From the NCBI RefSeq assembly GCF_044225925.1, contig NZ_JBGAHY010000020.1: DNA of 64,000 bases; one strand, given 5' to 3'. The position numbers were made by a program, and so were the translations under genes. This document shows positions 8,205 through 17,523 of the stretch, in pieces (position 1 is the first letter of the stretch; every line of letters starts with the position of its first letter). The notes under the pieces are model-generated. The model saw only the letters and a program-made list of their open reading frames with translations, had not been told where the DNA came from and made no database searches. The stretch comes from Allosphingosinicella sp. GTDB lineage: Bacteria > Pseudomonadota > Alphaproteobacteria > Sphingomonadales > Sphingomonadaceae.

Positions 8205-9617
8205 TCAGCCCGCCAGGCGGCGGATCATGTCGGTCCAGTGGTCCACGTCGTCATAGAAGGCGCGGACCGGCAGCCGTTCGTCCCGGCCATGCGCGCGCTC
8301 GTCGGCGGGGATCACCGCCCATGAGCCGTCCACGCCATAGACCGGCACGCCGCGCGCGCGGAAATAGAGTCCGTCCGTGGCGCCGGTGCTCATGTCCGGG
8401 GTGACCGCGCCATTCGGATGGCGGGCGCGCACCGCAGCGGTATAGGCGCCGACGACGTCCGGCCGGAGCGGCGAGGCGTCGGTGGGATGGGCCGGGTCGA
8501 CCGGCTCCACGCCGACGTTGTCAGGCTGGCCGAGTTGGCGGAGCGTGGCGAGCACGCTGGCCGGATCGACGCCCGGGAAGATCCGGCAATTGACCGTCGA
8601 GCGGGCGAGCTGCGGCAGGGCATTGTCGGCATGGCCGCCCTCCAGCCTGGTCGCGACGCAGCGGGTGCGGGTCAACCCGACCTCCGTGTCCGTCGCCTCG
8701 ATCGCGTCGGCGGCGGCCCCGTCATTCGGGTTGGCGAGCCAGCGCCGGATCAGGCCGGCAAGCTCGGGGCTCGCCGATTCCGCGCGATGGGTGAAATAGG
8801 CGCGGGTGGTGTCGTTCTGCATCGGCTCGAAGCGGAAATGCTCCAGCCGCTCCAGCGTATGGGCGAGCGCGTAGATCGCATTGTCCGGCCGCGGGCGAGA
8901 GCTGTGGCCGCCCGGATTGGTCGCGGTCAGATAATAGCTCTGATAGGTCTTCTCCGCAGTCTGGATGCCGAAGCCGAGCAGCCGCCCGTCGGGCAGGAAA
9001 GCGCCGCCGCCGGCATCGGCGTTCAGTGCGAAATCGAGCGTCGAGGTGTCGATCCATTGCGTCGAAGCCAGTTCCGCGCCGCGCCCGCCCGTCTCCTCGT
9101 CGCCGGTAAACAGGACGACGATGTCGCGGGTCGGGCGGAAACCCTCGGCGCGCAGCCGCAGCAAGGCCGCGGTGACGGAGACGACGCCCTGCTTGTCGTC
9201 CATCGTGCCGCGCCCGTAGAAATAATTGTCCACCTCGCCGAGCTGGAAGGGATCGCGTGACCAGTCGGCGCGCCGCGCCTCGACCACGTCCATATGCGCC
9301 ATGATCAGGATCGCCTTGCGGCCCGACGGCCGTGCCGCCGGCCAGCGCAGGATCAAGGCCGCGGTATGATCGTCCGGGCGCACCACATCATAAGGGTGGA
9401 TGGTGACGCCATCGAGCCCGCCGGCGCGAAACTGCTCCTGCAGATATTGGGCCAGCGCCGGCACCTGGCCGCGGCCCTGCACGGTCGGAATGGAGATGGC
9501 ATGCTCGTAGATCTCGCGCGCCTTGGCGTGCCAGCGGTCAGGCGGCGGGGTCTGGGCCGACGCCACGGAGGAGGTGACGAGGCCAAGGGCGGTGGCGGCG
9601 AGCAAGGCGAGGCGCAT
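8205..9617 (-). CDS. M20/M25/M40 family metallopeptidase, secreted
   Basis: Start re-picked at MRLALLAATALGLVTSSVASAQ (signal peptide). Motifs: MAHMDVV and GRGTMDDKQG metal-binding. The track ORF to 10505 runs into the neighbouring kinase gene. Confidence 0.8.
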   Translation of the reverse strand: MRLALLAATALGLVTSSVASAQTPPPDRWHAKAREIYEHAISIPTVQGRGQVPALAQYLQEQFRAGGLDGVTIHPYDVVRPDDHTAALILRWPAARPSGRKAILIMAHMDVVEARRADWSRDPFQLGEVDNYFYGRGTMDDKQGVVSVTAALLRLRAEGFRPTRDIVVLFTGDEETGGRGAELASTQWIDTSTLDFALNADAGGGAFLPDGRLLGFGIQTAEKTYQSYYLTATNPGGHSSRPRPDNAIYALAHTLERLEHFRFEPMQNDTTRAYFTHRAESASPELAGLIRRWLANPNDGAAADAIEATDTEVGLTRTRCVATRLEGGHADNALPQLARSTVNCRIFPGVDPASVLATLRQLGQPDNVGVEPVDPAHPTDASPLRPDVVGAYTAAVRARHPNGAVTPDMSTGATDGLYFRARGVPVYGVDGSWAVIPADERAHGRDERLPVRAFYDDVDHWTDMIRRLAG

Positions 9618-9667
9618 GAGGAAACTCCCGAAAAACCGCGCGGAGAATGGCGCGATTTGGCAGCCGG

Positions 9668-11269
9668 TCAAGCTGTCGCGGCCCCCGTCTGTTCGATGAT
9701 GGCGAGCCGCACCGCGTAGAAGCCGCGCTCCGGCTCGCGCTCCAGCTCGGAGCGGAGCTGGCGGGCGAGCCCGATGACGATCCGCTCGAACCGTTCCCTG
9801 AAGGCCGCGTCGCACTCGGGCGCGCCGGCCAGCGCATCGATCTGGATGGAGAGGCGGGCGAAGCCGGGGCCGTCCCGGTCCAGCGCGACCGAGACCAGGC
9901 CGGCGCTGCAGATCATGCCGAATTCCGCGATTTCGGTGATCAGGAAGGCGACGGAGACAGCGACATCTTGGGTGACGTAGAGCGGGTCGATATCGAGCCG
10001 CATCTGCATCCCCGCCGCACTTGCCGGCGCGGTGGCGCGCAGATTGGCGGTCAACTCGTTGATCAAGGGTTTCAGCGCGACCCCGCGACTTTCCTCCAGC
10101 TCCGCATAATGGTTGCGGTGGACGACCGCGAGCGCGTCGACCCGGCGCTGGATCGAGGCGTAGGCGGCGGCGACGTCCTCGTTGCGCGCGCCCCGCGCAT
10201 GCAGGTTGAGCAAAGAGGCGACGACCTGGAGATTGTTCTTCACCCGGTGATGGACCTCGCGGACCAGCCGGGTCTGGCGGACGACGGCGGCCTCCAGGTC
10301 CGCCTCGTGCCGCGCCACGGTGTGCGTGACGCGGGAAAAGGCCTCGCCGAGCGCGCCGATCTCCTGCGCAGTGCTGTTCACGGCCGGCAGATCGACCGCC
10401 GGATCGCCCGGCTTGTAGGCTGAAATGATGTTCTGGATGCGCTTCAGCGGCCGGAGCAGCACCCGCTGCACGATCAGCCAGCCGATGAAGGAGGCCCAGA
10501 GCCACATCAGGACCGGCGTCAGCATGATGAAGATCTCGTTCGGCCCGACCGGCGGCATGGGGAGCCGGATGCGGAGGGAATATTGGCCGGCCGCGAAGGC
10601 GTTGCTCTCGGTGACCTGATCGCCGCGCTCGCCCGCCGGCGACATTGAGCGCAGCGGCATCACCCGGTCGCCCTGGACCAGCTCCAATGCAAAATCGCCG
10701 GGCAGCCGCGGATCGTCGACAGCGCGCGCCAGCGTCTCCCGGCTATATTCGGTGATGCCCTCGATCGTGCCGTCGGGCTCGTAGAGGAAGATGTCGAGGC
10801 GCGTGCCGCCGGACATGATGAGCGCCCGGGCCGGCTCGCCGCCCGCGGCCGGGATTGCCGGCGGGGCGAAGCCCAGACTCAGGCAGGGCTGCGCGGGATC
10901 GCGCCCGTAAATGGCGAAGCGGCCGGGCACGTTCGGAAAGCGGCCAAGCCGACCCAAAGTGCGCAGGCAGATGCCGCGCGTGTCGCCGACCGTGTCGCCG
11001 AATTCCAGCACCGCGTCGCGGCCGGAGCGGATGGTGAAGGCGTTGCGCGACAAAGCGAGCGTGAAGCGCTGCACATGCCGGGCGAGCAGCGACTGCGCCT
11101 CGGTGCGCGCGGTTTCGCGATTGGCGCGCGCGTTGTTCACCGACGCCACCACGGCGATCACCCCCAGCGGCAGCAAGCCGAGGCTGAGGATGATCCACAT
11201 TTTGAGGCCGGTAGAGAGTCGGTCCCAGCGGGGGCCCGCGGGCGCTTGCTCGGTTTCAGCGCGTGCCAT
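9668..11269 (-). CDS. GSR-locus sensor histidine kinase (HisKA_2 type, PhyK/PhyP-like)
   Basis: Two N-terminal TM segments flank a periplasmic region. H-box EVHHRVKNNLQVVASLLNLH. It starts 9 nt after the nepR stop. Confidence 0.8.
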   Translation of the reverse strand: MARAETEQAPAGPRWDRLSTGLKMWIILSLGLLPLGVIAVVASVNNARANRETARTEAQSLLARHVQRFTLALSRNAFTIRSGRDAVLEFGDTVGDTRGICLRTLGRLGRFPNVPGRFAIYGRDPAQPCLSLGFAPPAIPAAGGEPARALIMSGGTRLDIFLYEPDGTIEGITEYSRETLARAVDDPRLPGDFALELVQGDRVMPLRSMSPAGERGDQVTESNAFAAGQYSLRIRLPMPPVGPNEIFIMLTPVLMWLWASFIGWLIVQRVLLRPLKRIQNIISAYKPGDPAVDLPAVNSTAQEIGALGEAFSRVTHTVARHEADLEAAVVRQTRLVREVHHRVKNNLQVVASLLNLHARGARNEDVAAAYASIQRRVDALAVVHRNHYAELEESRGVALKPLINELTANLRATAPASAAGMQMRLDIDPLYVTQDVAVSVAFLITEIAEFGMICSAGLVSVALDRDGPGFARLSIQIDALAGAPECDAAFRERFERIVIGLARQLRSELEREPERGFYAVRLAIIEQTGAATA

Positions 11270-11278
11270 GCGGCGGCG

Positions 11279-11443
11279 CTAGTCGAGCTTTCCAAGCAAG
11301 GCGAGCAAATCCGCAGGGATTTGCTCTTTCAGTGTATCGTCATAGGCAGCCTTCAGCGCATTGCCGACGTCGCCGCCTGGCGCGCGCCGGCGGGGCTTTT
11401 TGTCCTGGGATTTGGCAGGGGGTTTCGCGTCGGAATCGGACAA
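11279..11443 (-). CDS. nepR: NepR-family anti-sigma factor
   Basis: The C-terminus DVGNALKAAYDDTLKEQIPADLLALLGKLD matches the NepR signature. Start chosen at the TTG at 11443 with GGGAGGG upstream; the start is uncertain. The rest of track ORF 11279..11893 is an extension. Confidence 0.7.
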   Translation of the reverse strand: MSDSDAKPPAKSQDKKPRRRAPGGDVGNALKAAYDDTLKEQIPADLLALLGKLD

Positions 11444-11571
11444 GATTGAACCACCCTCCCACGGCACGGCACGCGCTGCCGGCCTATCGGTTATTGTCAG
11501 CACAGCCGCCCCAATCACATTCGGACAAAAAATAGCGCGGCCCCGGATAAATGAGACCGCACGGGCATGGA

Positions 11572-11596
11572 AACAAAAAACTCCGTGGTTTGTTCC
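11572..11596 (-). promoter_or_regulatory. EcfG-type promoter motif upstream of nepR (GGAAC-N16-TGTT)
   Basis: Minus strand: GGAAC at 11596-11592, GTT at 11574-11572. Divergent from the phyR promoter motif 36 nt away. Confidence 0.5.
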
Positions 11597-11631
11597 AACA
11601 CCAAGCGAGGACGGGGCAGGGCATTCCGGAA

Positions 11632-11656
11632 GGAACCAGTCGCGCCGCTCGCGGTT
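11632..11656 (+). promoter_or_regulatory. EcfG-type promoter motif upstream of phyR (GGAAC-N16-GGTT)
   Basis: GGAAC 11632-11636, GGTT 11653-11656, about 60 nt upstream of the phyR ATG. Confidence 0.5.
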
Positions 11657-11715
11657 GCATTCGTACCGGCTGCGAACCAAAAGCCGGTTACGCGCTTTAA
11701 GGAGTCTCAACCGAT

Positions 11716-12510
11716 ATGTCGCTTGGCCAGGAACTCGCGCCGCACCTTCCCTTTCTCCGCCGCTATGCCCGCGCGCTGACCGGCAGCCAGGCGCATGGCG
11801 ACGCCTTCGTCCGCGCGACGCTGGAGGCGATCGTCGCCGCGCCGGGCGATTTCCCGCGCGACGTCGATCCGCGGCTCGGCCTCTACCGGACATTCCACGC
11901 CATCTGGTCCTCCGCCAATGTCGAGGAGGAGCCGGGCCATGCCGACACTGGCGGGCCGGAGGATATCGCCCGTGCCCGGCTGTCGCAGATTACGCCGCTG
12001 TCCCGCCAGGCTTTGTTGCTTACCGCAATGGAGGGCTTCACCCCCGAGGATGCCGGCTATCTGATCGAGGCATCGGCCGATGAGGTGGAGAATCTGGTCG
12101 CCGAGGCGCTGGCCGAGATCGAGCGCCAGACCCGCGCCGACGTCCTGATCATCGAGGATGAGCCGATCATCGCGATGGATATCGAGACGATCGTCCGCGA
12201 TCTCGGTCATAATGTCACCGGCGTCGCCGTCACGCGGGACGAAGCGGTCGCTCAGGCGATGGCGCACCGGCCCGGCCTGGTGCTGGCCGACATCCAGCTC
12301 GCCGACGACAGCTCCGGCATCGACGCGGTGAAGGACATCCTCGCCGAATTCTCCGTGCCGGTGATCTTCATCACCGCCTTCCCGGAACGGCTGCTGACCG
12401 GGGAGCGGCCGGAGCCGACCTTCCTGATCACCAAGCCGTTCCAGCGTTCGACGGTGAAGGCGCAGATCGCCCAGGCCTTGTTCTTCGATACGGCGACCGT
12501 GCCGGCCTGA
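11716..12510 (+). CDS. phyR: anti-anti-sigma response regulator PhyR
   Basis: N-terminal sigma-like domain (LPFLRRYARALTGSQAHGDAFV...) plus a C-terminal receiver (DVLIIEDEPIIAMDIE...LVLADIQLADDSSGIDAV...TKPF). Confidence 0.9.
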   Translation: MSLGQELAPHLPFLRRYARALTGSQAHGDAFVRATLEAIVAAPGDFPRDVDPRLGLYRTFHAIWSSANVEEEPGHADTGGPEDIARARLSQITPLSRQALLLTAMEGFTPEDAGYLIEASADEVENLVAEALAEIERQTRADVLIIEDEPIIAMDIETIVRDLGHNVTGVAVTRDEAVAQAMAHRPGLVLADIQLADDSSGIDAVKDILAEFSVPVIFITAFPERLLTGERPEPTFLITKPFQRSTVKAQIAQALFFDTATVPA

Positions 12511-12551
12511 GCGAGTTTAGCGACGGTTCGAGGCGGGCTGGGATAAGACAG

Positions 12552-12577
12552 GGAACCCGTTTGGTGGCGGGGGCGTT
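12552..12577 (+). promoter_or_regulatory. EcfG-type promoter motif GGAAC-N17-CGTT
   Basis: GGAAC 12552-12556, CGTT 12574-12577, about 38 nt upstream of the small ORF that precedes ecfG. Confidence 0.55.
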
Positions 12578-12615
12578 GCTCCCCGTAACGAATGGAACCC
12601 GAGTCAGGACCAGTG

Positions 12616-12753
12616 ATGAGCGACCATCGCGAACATATCAGCACGACCGACGCCCGTGCCGGCAGTACGCCGCACATGACGCGCTATATATTGGGCTTCG
12701 GCCTGGTGCTCGTCATCGCGGCATTCATCGCGATTGTGCTTCTCTGGAAGTAA
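12616..12753 (+). CDS. small single-pass membrane protein (45 aa)
   Basis: Below the ORF-track size cutoff. MSDHREHISTTDARAGSTPHMTRYILGFGLVLVIAAFIAIVLLWK: one clear TM segment. Located between phyR and ecfG, behind an EcfG-type promoter. Confidence 0.45.
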   Translation: MSDHREHISTTDARAGSTPHMTRYILGFGLVLVIAAFIAIVLLWK

Positions 12754-12826
12754 TCCCATCTTCAGCGCCAGGCCGCGTCCCGATTCTGGGAGATGCGGCC
12801 CGCGCTTGGCATTCAGGGGCAGATTG

Positions 12827-13504
12827 ATGGCGGGCGAAACGCCGGCAAAGAGTGGAGTTGCGGAGCCGGGAGCCGAATGGCACCCGCTGCCCGACGACGA
12901 ATTCAAGGAACAGCTGGCGCTGGTCATCCCCCATTTGCGCGCCTTCGGCCGCTCGCTCTCCGGTAGCCGGGACCTTGCCGACGATCTCGTCCAGGAAACC
13001 CTGCTGAAGGCCTGGGCGGCGCGCAGGCGCTTCCAGGCCGGCACCAACATGCGGGCCTGGACCTTCATCATCCTGAGGAACCTGTTCCTCAGCCAGATGC
13101 GCCGCGCCCGCTTCAAGGGCGAATGGGATGAGTTGACCGCCTCCAAATTGCTCGCTGCGCCGGCCAGCCAGGACAAGCATATCGAGCTTGGCGACATGCA
13201 GCGCGCCTTGCTGCATCTGCCGCAGCCGCAGCGCGAGGCGCTGATCCTCGTGGGCGCCGGCGGCTTCGCCTATGAGGAAGCGGCCGAGATTTGCGGCTGC
13301 GCGGTCGGCACGATCAAGAGCCGGGTCGCCCGCGGCCGGGTCGCGCTCGAGGCGCTGCTCACAGACGGCAAACTGCCGTCGCGCCGCAGCCATCATACGC
13401 CTGGAGACAAGGGCGCGCTGCAGACGATCATGGATGAGGTGGCCGATCTCAGCCGCGATCGCGATTTCGGCCCGGACGACGACGTGGAAGACGCCGCCGC
13501 CTAA
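12827..13504 (+). CDS. ecfG: ECF sigma factor, EcfG-like
   Basis: ATG at 12827 inside track ORF 12734..13504. Region 2 DLVQETLLKAWAARRRFQAGTNMRAWTFIILRNLF; region 4 QREALILVGAGGFAYEEAAEICGCAVGTIKSRVARGR. Confidence 0.8.
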   Translation: MAGETPAKSGVAEPGAEWHPLPDDEFKEQLALVIPHLRAFGRSLSGSRDLADDLVQETLLKAWAARRRFQAGTNMRAWTFIILRNLFLSQMRRARFKGEWDELTASKLLAAPASQDKHIELGDMQRALLHLPQPQREALILVGAGGFAYEEAAEICGCAVGTIKSRVARGRVALEALLTDGKLPSRRSHHTPGDKGALQTIMDEVADLSRDRDFGPDDDVEDAAA

Positions 13505-13698
13505 TCGAGCTGGCGCAGCAAATCCTCGAACGGCTGCAGCGAACGGATCTGCCCGTCCATCCGGAAGGCCCGACGCAAGGCATTGCCCACGCCGGCATGG
13601 ACAGTGGGCGCGGCCACCTTCACATACCTACGCGGTTGAATTTCGCCCTGCGGCTTCATCTGACTATCCAGCTCCTTCACAACGGGACTAACGTGCAT
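13501..13698 (-). CDS. second NepR-like small protein
   Basis: The C-terminus GVGNALRRAFRMDGQIRSLQPFEDLLRQLD has the same skeleton as NepR (VGxALxxA[YF]...LLxxLD). The stop codon overlaps the ecfG stop (convergent). The start (13698 or further downstream) is uncertain. Confidence 0.45.
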   Translation of the reverse strand: MHVSPVVKELDSQMKPQGEIQPRRYVKVAAPTVHAGVGNALRRAFRMDGQIRSLQPFEDLLRQLD

Positions 13699-13757
13699 TT
13701 GCCCGCCGGGTTTCAATTGTTGCGCGGGCGGCGCGGGGAAGAGCAGCAACCTGTTGT

Positions 13758-16451
13758 ATGGAAGACCCAATTCCTGATCCGGATTTCAAGGGCGCGATCG
13801 CGCGGGCGCGGGCGGGCTCGCCCTTCCTGACCTTCCTCCTCGACAGCCTGCCGGGCAGCGCCGCCGCGCTCGCCGCCGGCGATCTCGACGCCGCCTTCGC
13901 CGCGGCGCGGGCCGCTGGCGAGGCCGCGGATGTGATGACGGCGGTGCGGCGGGAGCGGAGCGCGCTGGCGCTGGCGCTCGGCATCGGCGATCTCGCTGGC
14001 GCGCTCAGCCTGGAGCAGGTGGTGCGGCCGCTCTCCGATCTTGCCGACCGTCAACTGGAGCGGGCGCTGGCCGCTGCCTTTGCCGAGCGGACGCCGGCGG
14101 AGCCCGCTCTGGGGTTCGCCATCCTCGCGCTCGGCAAGCTCGGCGGGCGCGAGCTCAATTATTCCTCCGACCTCGATCTGATCTTTCTCTACGATCCCGA
14201 AACCCTGCCGCTGCGCCCGCGCGAGGAAGCGGGACAGGCGGCGGTCAGGATCGGCCAACGGGTGGTCGAGATCCTGCAGAAGCGGACCGAGGCCGGCTAT
14301 GCCTTCCGCATCGACCTCAGGCTGCGCCCGTCGCCCGAAGTGACCCCGCTTGCCCTGCCCGTGGAAGCGGCGATCTCCTATTATGAAAGCGCGGCCTTGC
14401 CCTGGGAGCGGGCGGCCTTCATCCGCGCGCGCCTTGCCGCCGGAGATCCGAAGCTGGGCCAGGAGTTTCTCGACACCATTCACCCCTTCGTCTGGCGGCG
14501 CTCGCTCGATTTCGGCGCCATCCGGGAAATCAGCGCGATCAGCCGGCGGATCCGCGACCATTATGCGCAAGGCCAGGCCTTCGGCCCCGGCTTCGACCTG
14601 AAGCGCGGGCGCGGCGGCATCCGCGAGATCGAGTTCTTCGTGCAGATCCATCAGCTCATCCATGGCGGGCGCGAGCCGGAGCTGCGCTCGGCGAGCACGG
14701 TGAGCGCATTGGCGGCGCTGGCGGGGGCCGGGCGGATCGGGGCGGAGGACGCCGCGGCGCTGGACAATGCCTATCGATTGCTCCGCACGATCGAACATCG
14801 GCTGCAGATGGTCGACGACCGGCAGACGCACAGCCTCCCCGCCGATCCCGGCGCGCTCGATAATGTCGCCCGGCTGCACGGGCTGACGGATGGTGGCGCC
14901 TTGCTCGATCTGCTCCGCCCCGCGGTCGATCGCGACGCTGCGATCTACGACACCTTGGTCGAGGAGGAAGAGGTCAGGCTGCCGGAAGATCCGGCGGCGC
15001 TGGATGCGGCGCTGGCCGCAGCGGGCTTTTCGGATGCGGCGCTGGCGCGGTCGCGGATCGAGGGCTGGCGGGGCGGCAAGATCCGCTCGCTGCGCAGCGC
15101 CGCCGCTCTGTCGGCGTTCGAGGCGATGCTGCCTGGGCTGATCGAGGCGCTTGGCGTCGCGCCCGATCCGATCGCTGCGATGCACCGCTTCGAGGATTTG
15201 ATCATGGGCCTGCCGAGCGGGGTCAATTTCTACCGCCTGCTGGAGGCGCGGCCGGGCCTGACCCAGCATCTCGCCACGATCCTGAGCCACGCGCCGGCGC
15301 TCGCGGGGCAGCTTGGCCGCCGGCCGGAATTGCTGGACGGGCTGATCGACGCCAGTGCGCTCGAGCCGGTGCCACCGGTCGCGGAACTGGCCGCGCGCTT
15401 CGGCCGGGCGGACGGAGCGGGTGAGGATTATGAGCGCGTGCTCGACCGGGTCCGCCGCCGGGTCAACGAGACCCGCTTCGCGCTGGGCGCGCAGGTCGTG
15501 CTCGGCGCCAGCGACCCGATCGAGGTGAGCCGCGGCTATGCCCGCGTCGCCGAAGCCGCGATCCAGGTGCTGGCCGACGCCACGATCGCGGAATTCGAGA
15601 AGGTGCACGGCCGCGTGCCCGGCGCGCGGCTGGTCATTCTCGGCCTTGGCCGGTTGGGTGGCGCGGCCCTGACTCACGCGTCGGATCTTGACCTCATCTA
15701 TCTCTTCTCCGGCAGTCACGAGGCGGAGTCGGACGGGGCGAAGCCGCTCCGGGCGAGCGACTATTTCAACCGGCTCGCGCCGCGCATCACCGCCGCACTG
15801 TCGGTGCCGACCGCGGCGGGGCGACTCTACGAGGTGGACACCAGGCTCCGGCCCTCAGGCAGCGACGGCCTGCTCGCCATCTCGCTCGACACTTTCGCCG
15901 ATTATCAGCGCGAGAAGGCCTGGACGTTCGAGCATATGGCCCTGTGCCGCGCGCGGCCGGTCTATGGCAGCGAGGCGGACCGAGCGGCGCTGCAAGGAAT
16001 CATCGACGCAGTGCTGCGGTTGCCGCGCGACCCGGCGAGGGTTGCGGAGGATGCGGAGCGGATGCGGCTCGAAATCGCGCGGCACAAGAAGCCGAAGGGC
16101 GAGTTCGACATCAAGCTGACCCCCGGCGGGTTGGTCGATCTCGAATTCGCGGTGCAGACGCTGCAGCTTTCGCACCATGCCGCGCTGGCCCCGCGGCTGG
16201 TGGACGCGGTGGCGGGGCTGATCGAGGCTGGCCTGATGCCCCCCGAACTCGCACGGCACCACGCCTTGCTGGCCCGGATGCTGGTCGTCCTGCGCCTCGT
16301 CGCGCCCGACGGCGAGGAACCTCCGCCCGCTTCGCGCGATCTTGTTGCCAGGGCCAGTGGGACAGGTGGCTGGGAGGAACTGCTTGCGGCGCACAAGGCG
16401 GCGCGGCAAACCATCAACTCCCTCTGGCGAAAGGTGGCGGAGTCGCGCTGA
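13758..16451 (+). CDS. glnE: bifunctional glutamine synthetase adenylyltransferase/adenylyl-removing enzyme
   Basis: 897 aa with duplicated nucleotidyltransferase modules (LGKLGGRELNYSSDLDLIFLYD and LGRLGGAALTHASDLDLIYLF). Confidence 0.9.
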   Translation: MEDPIPDPDFKGAIARARAGSPFLTFLLDSLPGSAAALAAGDLDAAFAAARAAGEAADVMTAVRRERSALALALGIGDLAGALSLEQVVRPLSDLADRQLERALAAAFAERTPAEPALGFAILALGKLGGRELNYSSDLDLIFLYDPETLPLRPREEAGQAAVRIGQRVVEILQKRTEAGYAFRIDLRLRPSPEVTPLALPVEAAISYYESAALPWERAAFIRARLAAGDPKLGQEFLDTIHPFVWRRSLDFGAIREISAISRRIRDHYAQGQAFGPGFDLKRGRGGIREIEFFVQIHQLIHGGREPELRSASTVSALAALAGAGRIGAEDAAALDNAYRLLRTIEHRLQMVDDRQTHSLPADPGALDNVARLHGLTDGGALLDLLRPAVDRDAAIYDTLVEEEEVRLPEDPAALDAALAAAGFSDAALARSRIEGWRGGKIRSLRSAAALSAFEAMLPGLIEALGVAPDPIAAMHRFEDLIMGLPSGVNFYRLLEARPGLTQHLATILSHAPALAGQLGRRPELLDGLIDASALEPVPPVAELAARFGRADGAGEDYERVLDRVRRRVNETRFALGAQVVLGASDPIEVSRGYARVAEAAIQVLADATIAEFEKVHGRVPGARLVILGLGRLGGAALTHASDLDLIYLFSGSHEAESDGAKPLRASDYFNRLAPRITAALSVPTAAGRLYEVDTRLRPSGSDGLLAISLDTFADYQREKAWTFEHMALCRARPVYGSEADRAALQGIIDAVLRLPRDPARVAEDAERMRLEIARHKKPKGEFDIKLTPGGLVDLEFAVQTLQLSHHAALAPRLVDAVAGLIEAGLMPPELARHHALLARMLVVLRLVAPDGEEPPPASRDLVARASGTGGWEELLAAHKAARQTINSLWRKVAESR

Positions 16452-16915
16452 TGCTGAATGTGGGCGATCAAATTCCGGACGTGACCCTGACCGGGATGGA
16501 CGGTGCGCCGCTCAAGCTGTCCGCCTTCAAGGGGAACAAGCTCGTCCTCTATTTCTATCCGAAGGACGACACGTCCGGCTGCACCCGCGAAGCGCAGGAT
16601 TTCACCGGGCTGGCCGGCGCGTTCGAGAAGGCCGGCACCTGGATACTCGGCGTCTCCAAGGACGACCCGAAGAAGCACCAGAAGTTCACCGCGAAATATG
16701 ACCTCAAGGTCGGTCTCGCCTCCGACATGGACGGCAGCGCCTGCGAGGCGTTGGGCACCTGGGTCGAGAAGAGCCTCTATGGCCGCAAATATATGGGGAT
16801 CGAGCGGGCGACCTTCCTGATCGACCGCGACGGCACCGTGGCCCGGGTCTGGCGCAAGGTGAAGGTGCCGGGTCATGCCGCGGAGGTGCTCGCGGCGGCC
16901 CAGGACTTGCCGTGA
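16451..16915 (+). CDS. bcp: peroxiredoxin Bcp
   Basis: ATG at 16451 overlaps the glnE TGA. KLVLYFYPKDDTSGCTREAQDF catalytic motif. Confidence 0.9.
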   Translation: MLNVGDQIPDVTLTGMDGAPLKLSAFKGNKLVLYFYPKDDTSGCTREAQDFTGLAGAFEKAGTWILGVSKDDPKKHQKFTAKYDLKVGLASDMDGSACEALGTWVEKSLYGRKYMGIERATFLIDRDGTVARVWRKVKVPGHAAEVLAAAQDLP

Positions 16916-17514
16916 CCGCCGGGGCGGACAGGGGAACGGGTCGCGCGCGCCGGGGTTTTTTCGCCATGTTCGCCGCCCGTCCCAGCCGCCTCGCTTTGAC
17001 CTCGATCGGAGTCGTCGCCGCGGCGATCATTGGCGTGCAGCTTGGTCAGTCGGCCATTTCCGAGATCAACCCGGTTCATTTCCAGGGTCCGCTGGCGCCG
17101 CAGGCGATCACGCCGCCGCCGGAACCCGCGCCCTACAACCCCTATGCCCAGCAATATACCTGGTCGATGGGTGCCTCGCCGTCCGCGGCGGATTGCCGAC
17201 CGGATTGCGATCGCGATCGGGCGCAGCAGGCGATGCGCCTCGCGCTCGACGATGCGGCTGGACGGGATCCCGCGCTGCCCCCCTGGCGCGACGCGACGCC
17301 AACCACCCAGCTGCAGCCCTGGGCGCCGGGCGCGGTGGTCAGTGGCCGCACCTTCGAGCGCTATATGCATTATCCGGTGGACCGCGAGCAGGCGGAGCAT
17401 CCGATGCCCCAACCGGCCGCTGCGTCCGCGCCCGCTGCCGCGACGCCTGCCGAAGCGCTCCGCGTGCCGCCCGCTGCCGAGCCGGCCCCGGCCCAGCCGG
17501 TCATCCAGGAATAA
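16912..17514 (+). CDS. hypothetical membrane-anchored Pro-rich protein
   Basis: The GTG overlaps the bcp stop (GTGA); an alternative ATG lies at 16966. TM segment LALTSIGVVAAAIIGV. No family recognised. Confidence 0.45.
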   Translation: MTAGADRGTGRARRGFFAMFAARPSRLALTSIGVVAAAIIGVQLGQSAISEINPVHFQGPLAPQAITPPPEPAPYNPYAQQYTWSMGASPSAADCRPDCDRDRAQQAMRLALDDAAGRDPALPPWRDATPTTQLQPWAPGAVVSGRTFERYMHYPVDREQAEHPMPQPAAASAPAAATPAEALRVPPAAEPAPAQPVIQE

Positions 17515-17523
17515 CCAGGCGCG

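Noticed and set aside
9618-10505. The N-terminal 296 codons of track ORF 8205..10505 (766 aa).
   Set aside because: The M20 peptidase clearly starts at its signal peptide (9617). The extension runs out of frame through the histidine kinase gene.
13713-15719. 668-aa ORF antisense to glnE. The same applies to 22855..24198, 36223..38082, 45447..47252, 48738..50351, 50320..51666, 54266..55648 and 60656..61942.
   Set aside because: Each is antisense to a gene with clear family motifs. Their translations are low-complexity Arg/Asp/Gly/His-rich with no domain signatures.
16933-16957. GGAAC-N17-GTT motif just after bcp, which could drive a leaderless transcript starting at the ATG at 16966.
   Set aside because: The -10 matches only GTT. 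It lies inside a plausible GTG-started ORF coupled to bcp, and chance matches to this relaxed pattern are expected. Kept only as a note.
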